Shown here in pieces: positions 53,327 through 64,000 of a DNA stretch of 64,000 nt (its first letter is position 1; each line of letters begins with the position of its first letter). The translations under genes and the position numbers were made by a program. The stretch comes from Ophelia neglecta. Its lineage: Eukaryota. Location: contig OZ260665.1 in the NCBI GenBank assembly GCA_965285935.1, positions 14,384,001-14,448,000 of the forward strand. The letters run 5' to 3'. Below the pieces are notes generated by a model. That model did no database searches, was not told the origin of the DNA, and worked only from the letters and a program-made list of their open reading frames with translations.

Positions 53327-53945
53327 ATTATTATTATTATTATTAAGAAACATTTATAGAGCGCCTTATCCAATTAATATTTAAAAGCGGTAAGGCGCTG
53401 TACAAGTTTTGTACACATGCATACAGTCACATATAAAAGTTTAAAAGATATCGTCTATTGTCCCGTATGAAGAACTAAAAAGCAAGTCCATTGTATTTAA
53501 CCATATGTTTGTCTAAAAAGGCACGTCTTCAACCGACGTTTAAAACAACTGACGGAGGGACTATCTTTCACTTGCTCTGGTAGGTTGTTCCACAGGGTAG
53601 CAGACACCCTGCTGAAACCACGGCTTCCATAGTTTTCAGTCCGGACCCTTGGCACAACTAATAAAGAGCGCGATCCTGATCTAAGGGATCTAGCCGGAGA
53701 GTAGAGCTGCACCAAGTCAGAAATATACCCTGGTGTTAGTCCATTTAAAGCCTTATAGGTGTAAAGCAGCACCTTAAACTGTATCCGCCTCTTAATAGGC
53801 AACCAGTGCAGTTGCTGCAAGACTGGCGTAATGTGATCACGGTGAGGAGTGCGGGTCCCAACCCGAGCGGCAAAGTTCTGCACTTTCTGCAGACGTGAGA
53901 GAAGGGCTTGCGTGATCCCAGACAACATGGCGTTTCCGTCATACC
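53327..53945 (-). mobile_element. 3' fragment of an L2-type LINE
   Basis: LQKVQNFAAR...HITPVLQQLHWLPIKRRIQFK...WNNLP...FKRRLKT; 3' UTR AGCGCC...GGCGCT stem then CTATAAAT; (TAA)n tail at 53327-53345. Confidence 0.9.
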
Positions 53946-54727
53946 ATGTACTAGGATTGGGCTTTCTCGAATGTCGCAGATATGTCACAGATAGGGAGCG
54001 CCGTATAAAAGTCTCTCTCTGGATGCTCAAATTAGAATTAGAATAGACTAGTTTAGTCTGCTCTAATAAAAGTACACATTAATTACCAAGACATTATATT
54101 TATTTTAATGCCGATGGGTTATGTGCTGCCCCCCCCCCCCCGTGCCCAAAAGCATTTGCCCTATCCCCCCACCCCCTCCATCACCACCGCCACCACCCTT
54201 TGAAATATCTGGCGGCACACACCCATTCAGTTTCGTGATCATTGCCTCCCATGATGACTTTGTGCACTTAAGTATATTTTAAAATGGCTAGTTTCAATTG
54301 ATTTAGGGCCATGGATTGTGACAAGGAAAAATGTGTCTGACATTTAAAGGGAAACAAGATTAGGATGCTCTTTGACATTTTTTAACAGAAAATGGCTAAT
54401 TGTGTTGATTTATTTAAGCACAAACTACTGTTTGGGACACATTAGTTTTATTGGCAAAAAAGTAATGCTTTATAACATAAAATGTCAAGCTAAAATATGA
54501 AAACCATTCTAAATATAATGTGTCATAAGCATTGCCTTCATTAAATAATGGTATGTTTATACATAAATTATTTTAGAACATACTGTCGTCTAAAAAACAA
54601 TAATTAACAATTATCAATAAATGAGATTAAATACGCTTCATTTGGCAGGAAAAAAGAATGTTCATGGATATAAAATATCATTGTTATCCGTGGTAGAGGT
54701 TGTCTTCAAACAATGTCCATGGTTTCA

Positions 54728-57101
54728 CTAGAGCATCGGGTATCCGTACAACTCCCAGGCGAAATATATGTATTTGGCGTATTTGATAGGGTAGACCCTA
54801 ACAGCGGTTGCTTGGATAGGAGGCTCCAGGGAGTGACTTTTTTCCGCAATAGAGGAGACGTTGAAAATCTGCGATATGAAAAACAAAGAAGCGCTTTATT
54901 TATATTTTCATATATTTCTTTTCAAAAATGTGGCATAGAAATAAAAATAATACATATTGTCGGTACTGGTTCGCAAGAAATTTTATGACACGCGACTTCC
55001 CCAGAATTCTCATTTTAATAAAGGTAAGTTGGGCACATTCAGCAACTAATGCTTTCTTGTTAGGGAGCTGTGGATTAATTCTTATTTTCCTGCAGCTGGT
55101 GGTTTCTGATGAAAATTATCTTGCTCTGTCTCCAGTATTAACTCCTGTTTTTTTATTTATCTACGAGCATATATCATCGGAGGGATATATAGGCGAACAC
55201 GTAGGGTCAAAGTAGAACAATATAGTATCTTTCACTGGAAAGGATGCCATATGAAGGACAGAACAAACTTTTTATGCACATTGTTATAAGTACGTGTGTT
55301 TACCGCTACTTTTTACTATCACAGTCATGAAAAAAATTTAAATCATAGATATATGCCAGCCTTTGCCGGGCCAACCCTATTAAAAGTAACTTGTAGCAAA
55401 CCTTATGGTTAGATTGTTCATCCAGATAGTATACAAGGTCAGTGTTTTTTCTGTAGGCCAGTTTGTACTGAGACACGAAGTTTGAGCCTGACCCTTTAGT
55501 AGAAATTGCTGTCACCACAAACTTAGTCTTCACGTTGGCAAAATTGACCTACAATAGAATGAACCGCTTAGAATTATAATTCAACTGTTTCAAAAAGGGT
55601 ACTGCGTTATGCAATGATAGTAATATGACATTGACAAGACATCAGACATATATGAATAACCTCAATGATTTTCAGATGTTAGTCAAGATATTGCACATCA
55701 TTATACGGGTACTGCGTCATGCACTGATAGTAATATGACCTCCACGAGGCATCAGACATATATGAATAACCTCAATGATTTTCAGATGTTTGCCGAGATA
55801 TTGCACATCATTATAACTCCATAGCCAGGAATTATATTGAAATACCTCAATCCAGGAACCAGAATGTACAGAAGGGCGCCAGAAACGATTATTGCTACAT
55901 GATTTCGCAACAGAGGCATTTATTCGTCCACAGAAGCCATTCAATACCGAGTATACTGATGACACAGTTACGTCACAGTCACTCACGTGGTACAAATTTC
56001 CGGAGATTAGAGCTACAAAAAAAAACAGCGATGAATATCTATCCACGGAAAATGCCAACGGTAAAACATATATCAGAAACTATACATTAAACTTTTATCT
56101 ATATGTTAATTTGTATAACCCTGTTCTTTGTTCCAATCAGTGTTGAATTTGCAATCTCCTGCTGGAGGTTTTAAAGGACTCGATGTGCTTAGTAGACCTC
56201 CACTAGGACATTCTGCAAAATTAAATAAAACATTATGACATCAGTTGTGCAACGCGAAGCCGGGGATTAGGAAACCATATTGACCAAAAGAAAATATCGA
56301 GAATAAGCACATTTCAAAACGTCATTGCTCCATAACGGTTTACAAATGAAGGACCCGTGCATACTTTAATATGTCTAGGGGCCTAGTTAAGCCCATCCTA
56401 TTGTCACGCAATGAAATACTTAACCTAATGAGAGTACACATCGAGCACTATATATCTGACACATTGGGCTACTTTAATTACATAGTGCCGTGTTTCCTAT
56501 TTATAGACCCAAGGAGGATTTAGGTGGATTCCGTAGCCATTATTCGGTCTGAACAGGTCACGTACGTTTATTCTATGATGATATAATGTGTTTAAACCGG
56601 AACCATATATAACACAATAACTTACCATAGGAACAACAACAAATCAAACGATCAAGTATTTTCCCGCGAAAAGGAGCTTTAAGTAACTTTACTATAACAG
56701 CAAACAACATTTAGAAAGTTTATGACTTTATATACACTGTTCTAATAGTTCCTTGATGCATGGCTTGAGTGATACTAGCGTTTTCGAGGCGTTATTTGAA
56801 AATGACATAAACAAATCTTCTTCGTCTACTGGGTATCCAATTATTATATGCATGTAATTAATATTGTTTGAACTGCGTTATATAGTTACTTGCCTTGATT
56901 TTTTGCCACACATTCTTCTAATAAATTCACCATCCTATCCATTTTTTCCTGAACTATTTTCATCTGTTCGCTGTGTCTACTGTGCTCAATGAGACAATAA
57001 TCACTGACTACCGTTTTGTCAGTGGTCGGCTGGGATTTAACATTATTTGGTAAACAAACAGACAGCCAAATGGTGACGAAAGTGAACAAGAAAGCCGCCA
57101 T
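54728..57101 (-). CDS. Gene C: secreted coiled-coil + F5/8 type C (discoidin) domain protein, 251 aa, 5 exons (56894-57101, 56120-56212, 55846-56012, 55402-55548, 54728-54868)
   Basis: Signal peptide MAAFLFTFVTIWLSVCLP; amphipathic helix EQMKIVQEKMDRMVNLLEEC; discoidin motifs VTVSS, FWRP..SWIEV, VTAISTKG..FVSQYKLAY, PPIQATAVRVYP..WELYG; TAG at 54728-54730; exons sum to 756 nt. The exon-2 donor is weak. Confidence 0.85.
55597..55815. repeat. 110-bp tandem duplication in gene C intron 3
   Basis: GGGTACTGCG...CATCAGACATATATGAATAACCTCAATGATTTTCAGATG...GATATTGCACATCATTATA at 55597 and 55707. Confidence 0.9.
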
Positions 57102-60100
57102 TGTATTGTCTGTATTTATTTGATATGAACACCCAATCCGTGTACTTGTGTAACAAGCAGGATACAAAGTGAATCTCGAGTCACCGTGGAAATTGCACTT
57201 AGTCGAATCTTGTTAAAATACTAGTAAACAGGATCTAGACGCAGGCGGGCGATGTTGTCTCTTCTTCCATGATCATGTGAAGGCTGGTGATATACATTAA
57301 ACATGTAAAAATAAATAAAAATTAACAAAAGAGTCATATAGTCTGGAGAACAGGAATTGATGGTGCCCAAGTGGAATATGTACTGACAGTTACTTGGAAT
57401 CAACACTGATAAATTTTATAACGGCGTGCGTACAATTTAAACTATAAATGAACTATAGTCGGCTGCTGTGTGTAACACTCTAAATGTTTATCTAAGATAC
57501 CCTGATACCAACGTTGATATTTACAACACCAGAAATAAACAATTGAAGGTTTGATTTCTTGGCTTTCATTTCTTCTTTAAGTGTTATTGGCATATTTAAA
57601 GGTCTGAAACCAGTCTTTATTAAATCAATGGCACGAAAATATTTTGTATGTAGTTCTTTAAATATTGAAGTAAGTTGTGGTTATATATTAGCAATATTGA
57701 ATAAAATATTACTTTATATTTGTTAATAACAAATATAATACTAATGTGATCAGTCACCGGAACAAAAAAAAATACAGGAAGATATTACCTAAAATGATTT
57801 GTTAAAACTCAAGCGTGGAATAATGCGAACACATATTATACATATAAAATATGCAAGATACATAAAAGTTAAATCAGCTATTATCTTGCTGATGATGTGA
57901 TTAGCTATCCGTCAGATAAAGCAAAACTATTATAATAAGTGAGGGTCAATTAAATATCCAAATTTGCCATTCGTGTGTAAGTTGCTTTACAACAATAAAT
58001 AAAAAATTATATGCTACAATGACAACATGACTTTAGGTCGAGTATGCCCCATTTGACATTAAAAATAACTAATGGATATTACGTCTTATGGTGAGATTGA
58101 AACAAGGTTGAGAATGAATGATTAGTTTGTTCAAATGGTTTTAAGATGGACGGTGCAATCTTGGGTAGATAGTCAGACATTTCATGGTCCTTAGCTTTAC
58201 AATATTTGTCAATATTTCATATAAAATAATCCGTGAATCCCAGGAGAAGAAGACTTGTTATTCCAACTGGAACAAAGGTATAATTTGTTCTAAACGTCAA
58301 GACACTTAAAAATCAAAATGTATAGCGTATGATATAAAGAAACGTAATAGACACTATGCTTACTGGGGAGGGGTCTATTGACATATTTCTGACCAATGGG
58401 GGGCAGGAGGATCAATAGGTTGTTTACACATCTGTTGCATATTCAAGGTCAGCTTGCACAGCTGAGCTCTTCAAATACTGTTAGCCCACAGATAATGTTG
58501 GCCCTCGCATCTATTCTCAATTATGTCTTTCGATTTCTTCCCAAAAACAATCAGTCGTTCAAATTCATCTTTACACATACGTGCTTTTTTCACGCCCCGT
58601 TGACATAATTTTAGCATAACAAGTATAGTGATATATATATATATACAATCATAAAATATAAATTCTACACCAATATAGCAGCCCACTGTGGAAGATGATC
58701 CGGGATTCGTTTCACTCAATGACAGCCCAAGCTGTAGTTTCTGGTCAAAACAAATCATTCGAGGTGCTACAATCGTGTAGACAGGGGTCTGTATAAGGTG
58801 CGTGGTACTACCTGGCCTACATACACGAGCTGACAGTAGCTCTCAAAATGCCCGGCCATGGCGCTGAAATGGACGGGCTTTTCTGTGAAGCGGAACAACA
58901 GGCAGACGACATCGCTGTGTTGTTACTTAGTCCCTTGTCGCTACAAGCTATGATTGACATCTGTTAGAAATATGCAAGCCAGTGGAGATACTAATATAAT
59001 GCACATAGAACAAAAATCAGGGCATTCAATGAATGCCCGCGGAAAGCCAAGCGACAGCCAGCCAAAAGGTTCTGATTTCTCAAGGGTAGGAAGATTAGCA
59101 GTCTCTTGTTGGACTCACCCCACAGCACCAAGAGTCACGAGGAAAGAGTCAAGCATATAAGTCTTAATTCCTATCAAAATACTCTCGACTAGCTATAGTG
59201 TGGTTTCGTTCTTTTTGATAATAAGCTGCTGAGATATATGAGCATTTGAAATGTTCAAACTGGTGAAACGCTGAAAGTAGTCCATACCTGTTTCAAAAGG
59301 TATTCTCAACTGCAAATAAAACAAAAACTAAACATTATTCGCTTTGTATCATTTACTTTGATTCTAATCTAAATATATAATTGTTATTGATTTGTGGTTA
59401 AATTTAATCTTGTTGTTATCTGATTATATGCTCCTACGTTCAGATTATTTTTTTTTAACTTTTATCTCTTCTTTTTATACATTTGATTTTACCATACTGT
59501 GACATTTTATCTGTTTTTTTGAGTTTCTTGTTCATTGTGTCTAACCACTATAAAACTGTGGAGAACATTCTGCCACGAATGGAACCACCAGTTCCGTCAA
59601 CAGGATCAATTCATTAACTGATACAGCACAGTTTCAAAGAAAAGCAGGCACATGTATTAATATTTGATAATGCCTTCTGATCAATAAACAACAACTCTTA
59701 CTTCATTATTCATAAATTCGAAAGATCGAAATTTTCAATTACAAAAACGTCGGTTTTTGGTGGTAATAGCCCATATTAACACCATTTCATACCCGAGAGA
59801 ATACCAGTATTTGTGACTGTATACGGCGATTATTTTGACTTTTATTGACCCTTTCTAGTCTGAAAACTCGTCCATCATAAGCTATAATAGAGCCACTACA
59901 TTTCATATATATAATCAGGCGGGGCGCGGATACGGACAGTTATGCTGTTCTGTGAGCCGTTCCCAGTTTCAGGCTATGGACGATGAGGCTGGTAGCCTGC
60001 TGTGGCGTGGTCTCTGGGAACTTTTCATTATCTTCCAGTGACCATGTTCTTTGCAGATTAAATATTAATATGGTGTGCATGTAGGTATGCATAACTTATC

Positions 60101-60970
60101 GGTCTTTTATTTCCTTTACAAGATACCGAACTAAATCAAACATTATTATTTATGCTAACAGCTGATCCATGCATATCAACTATTTAATATATTGCAACGC
60201 AGCTCTCTTCGCATTGTCTTTGTTGAAAGAGTTAATGAGTGTTTTCCTGGCCTGTTCATTTAGTCTATTAGAATTAAAGTCAACAATATCTGATTACTTT
60301 GTTTCTACCTATGAAATTATTAACCAATTAGTCATAATGCTACATTCGCATTTTAGAAAAACTATGAAGTCAACCGTTTACCGAATGCCGTTCTATATAT
60401 CATCAGTATGCCAATGCATTCAGCTAACTTTAGTGGATTCTTATATGACTACGCACATATATACTTCATGCCAATAGATGGATGGCAGACGTAATGGTAG
60501 CAACAGAGGCAACTTGATCGATATTTGACACCGCTATGGCGTTAAGGCTCTTTTATCAGTGGATATTGTTATTGTAAAGTCCTATAACATGTTTTGATCC
60601 TGGATTTATGAGAACTCTACACCAAAACATATCTCTTTTAAATACACCATAACCCGTCGTCCTAAGTGTGTGCTTATTTATAAATCCGAACTTTATACGG
60701 ACCTATTACCGAAGGATACCCTCCTTTTAATAGTTCATCATTATCTACATTTTGGCAGTCTGAAGACGGCTGTTAGCAGTCTGTTGCTGTTTATATTACC
60801 CCATATGCTATACAAAATAATGTCCACAAGACGATTTTCACGTAAGTTGGTTCGAGAAATTTTAAATCGTCGACAACTTCTATTTCGATATTCTTGATAT
60901 AAACCTTTGGGTTATTCACCTTTTTCAGTGACATATGAATAACCATTATATTTGATATATTAATAGACAA

Positions 60971-61222
60971 TTAATTTGGTTTCAGCAAATCTATTACACT
61001 CGACAACTCAGAATTAACGTTTTCATTTAAATTATCAGTGTTATTAGGATCTACAAAGGTATGTAAAGTGCCAGATAAAGTATCGTCTGCATATGAAGAA
61101 AAATTGTTACTTGTATTGTTCAGATCATTCATATATATGATGAATAAGACTGGTCCTGAAATTGATTCATGGGGAACCCAAGAGACCAGAGACAAGAGAA
61201 AGAGAAGTAACTTGTTCGTCAA
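60971..61222 (-). pseudogene. Degenerate LINE reverse transcriptase remnant
   Basis: VPHESISGPVLFIIYMNDL...YADDT...VNSELSSVIDLLKPN matches RT motifs (VPQGSILGP.LF..Y.NDL, YADDT) with substitutions. Confidence 0.8.
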
Positions 61223-61949
61223 ATTAGGTATACTGTTTCCTATTACTTAAATAACTTCGAATTTTAACTAACTAAATTTACAGCCAATTAACATTATTAG
61301 ACATTGGTTTGAATGCATAGATATTTATTGAATAGCATTATTATTTAGAGCGAGATTTATAGTATGTTCCTTATTCAAATGTGTCAATAGAAAATAATAG
61401 CATATGGAACTCAATAAGTATTGCAACAGTGTTACATTATTTCATTATTGTGTAATCTCTAATGCTTAAAGAATCAGTATTTCCTTTACAAGTTTCGAGA
61501 GCAGTTTGTCTTCTCGAATGGGTGCATGTTAAATTCTTCGTGAAGTTAATATGATATTGAGAGCACATGGGATAACTTGATTAAGTCGCTTATAAAAGTT
61601 TTATTGAAACCGACTAGCGGGAAATACATTAGTTATCTATTTGTTTATACAATATCACAAACTAGTGATTCGTATATAGTTTCTTTATGTGTCATTTTAA
61701 AACTAGATCCACTTGCTTGTTACATCCGATACTATGTTATCCAATTTATACTCATCGACCATTAGCCGCTTATCACATAATGGAAACAGGTTTTCTATAC
61801 GCATAGCGCATTCCAGAAAAAAAAACCTTATGCCGAGAAATTTCTTCTCCGGGTATATAACACTACTAGTTATAGGAGGTAAAACAGAAACTCATAACAC
61901 GCTACAGTATTTCACAGCCAATTATGTAATTTCAAATGGAATTTGGAAT

Positions 61950-63846
61950 TTATAACACCCGCTTACCATTGTATTTTATCTTCCTTTTCAAAATGTCAAA
62001 TTTGAATTTGATAAGATTTCTGTACAATACTCTGCTATCTGATAAGCAAATGGTCACGAGGAATAATATACAGAACGACCAGATCGTAATTGCAATGACA
62101 GCGGACGATTTCCTGAAGTCATAGATTATCTCCGGCGACGGAAACAACCCTGAAAAGACAAACTTTCTCTGAAAAAATGCTAGAAAAAAAGTAACAGTTA
62201 CTGATTTATTTATAGCCTTAAATTATGTCATTAAAATTTCCTGTATATTTAACATCAAAACTCTTTAAGCAAAAGAGTAAAGTATAACATTATGATTCAG
62301 TACGCATGGATTCATTTTCAACGGAGAAAGGAAATTCGTACTCCAAGAATAAGTGATTCAGTCTACCGAGATTGGTGAATATACTCCATGCAAAGAGTGC
62401 AAATGTTGAATATCGTATACAAAAGGCATCATACATCATGAATGCCAGAATAAAAACTTTCTGAAACTGTTGAAACAAATATATTCTTTACTTTTTGTAC
62501 AGGGTTTGTAACTCTGACACTTTCCATGGCTTAGATTTTTTCCAAAACATTCTGAACGTCCGAACCAATAGCCGACACATCGCCGTTTTCTGGTAAAGGT
62601 GCCTTCCATAGAACACCAGGATGTACAATTGTTAGTCAGAACCCAGGACGTCCAGATCCCAGGCAGAGGACACTGGGCGATATTACAGCGTCTACGTACT
62701 ACTTCAAAACCTGTATCAAAGCAGGAGTGTACATCCGGCATGAAATCTGAATTCATTAGTTGAGGAACGTTTATTAAATTTGTCCGACAATGTCACTAAA
62801 GTTTATAAATATGCGAAGACCTACCTAGTACACTATTGACGTCATTCATGGTATGATTTGAACAAAAGGCCGTAGACTGGTGTTGACACAACTTTAATCT
62901 GACTTGCAGCCCACCATTACACGAGTGAGAACACTTTGTCCATGGCGTCCATAGCAACCATTTCAATCCAGCTGTATTGAAACAAGTAATAAGCATAGTA
63001 ATAATTTATTTGGTGATATTCGGGAAAATTAATAATGCTCCTTTGTACGCTTCTTATTTTTATACTGGTTAAATATCAACTACATTTATAAATTAATTTT
63101 ACTATCGGATTAACTCACCACTTGCCGCGTTCAATGATGGATTATCCGTTGAATATGTAGACATAGTAGACGGATTTTTCAAAATAGAATTAAAAAATCC
63201 ACTACCCTGCTCAAACTTGATAGATGTCCGTACGCTGAGCCTACTGGTAGCCTCAGAAACGCTATAAGTGGATTTAAATGGTAGAGTTGTGTGTGTTTCC
63301 ACTAGGGTATACACAGTATGGCTTGGTCCCCGGTTGGTAGAGGCTGTTACTGGAGTGTCAGAGGTGTGTTCTTGGGTAGAGGTTTGTATTGGACCAACAG
63401 TAGAAAATGATGCTGACATGATAAAGGTTGGGGCTGGAGTAGTAGAAATTGGAAATTGAGTAGTATGGTATGTGGACGGCATAGAAAAGGTTTCCAACAG
63501 AGTAGTACCATCCGTTGCTGGAATAGTAGCTGCTGATTCGGGAGAAGTAGAGGTACACTCTGGGTTAGTATTAGTTGTTTCCGGTGTAGTTGACGTTATC
63601 AAGGCAGTTGATGACGACTCCGCGATGGAGGTTGTGTCAAAGATATTGGTTGTAAGCCTCACGGCAGTATATATTTTCTCAGAGGTCGTTGTAACCATAT
63701 CTTGTGGTGTAGGGCTAGGTTCTATAATGGTTTGGATGAAAAACAGAAGTACATAAATACAATTTATCGATTACCTGTGACATGCAGACCTGACCCAAAG
63801 GGTAAAGCAGGAATATTAGAAAGTTTTTGAAAAGAAATATTTCCAT
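61950..63846 (-). CDS. Gene B (3' part): mucin-like Thr/Ser-rich stalk, two thrombospondin type-1 repeats, transmembrane helix and short basic tail (exons 63775-63846, 63119-63721, 62825-62971, 62492-62710, 61950-62149)
   Basis: T/S/P-rich exon; WLLWTPWTKCSHSCNGGLQVRLKLC and WTSW...CTSWC...RKRRC TSP1 motifs; hydrophobic AVIAITIWSFCILFLVTICL then basic tail and TAA; all introns phase 1. The 5' end lies beyond the window. Confidence 0.8.
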
Positions 63847-64000
63847 CTTAGTGTTCCAGGTTTACACTTATGGAGCAAAAAACAACTGTTTGTCTCAACA
63901 TTTGGGAAACAATTATATGCATTGAATGATATAGTGACACATTTTGCGACAAGTAAAATTTACCACACTTATTGAAGCAAGGCACGTCCTTCTTACTAAT

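Noticed and set aside
44502-57101. Gene C exon 1 supplying the signal peptide of gene A by alternative splicing (phases are compatible)
   Set aside because: Gene A has its own signal-peptide exon at 47597-47666 with a strong donor and upstream TATA, and gene C has its own stop codon.
119-63756. Plus-strand ORFs in the supplied track
   Set aside because: Antisense shadows of minus-strand exons or chance ORFs; none shows a domain motif or exon chain.

Overview
AT-rich, intron-dense genomic DNA from a eukaryote, most likely an invertebrate animal (lophotrochozoan-like, inferred). The supplied ORF track is mostly exon fragments or noise, so I assembled genes by hand from splice sites. Three minus-strand genes. 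(A) A giant gene from an ATG at 47666 down to at least 958: 77 hand-traced exons that splice in one continuous frame (12,436 nt, at least ~4,145 aa). Order: signal peptide, C-type lectin, F5/8C discoidin, four parallel beta-helix units each ending in N[WY]WG (an SRCR domain sits in the third), EGF repeats, IPT/TIG, EGF, Ig-like and carboxypeptidase-regulatory-like domains, a Cys-rich ~196-aa segment bracketed by two RRKR furin sites, a module resembling large bacterial surface proteins, and cadherin repeat(s). (C) A complete 5-exon gene (57101..54728) for a 251-aa secreted coiled-coil + discoidin protein. (B) The 3' part of a mucin-like/TSP1/transmembrane gene (from at least 63846 to 61950). 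The promoter and first exon of gene A lie between two inverted copies of a minisatellite-bearing repeat element. Introns and intergenic DNA carry L2/CR1-type LINE fragments, a Tc1/mariner-type MITE, a Crypton-like tyrosine-recombinase remnant and local duplications. No rRNA, tRNA or CRISPR found. All exon boundaries were read by eye and need RNA-seq confirmation.
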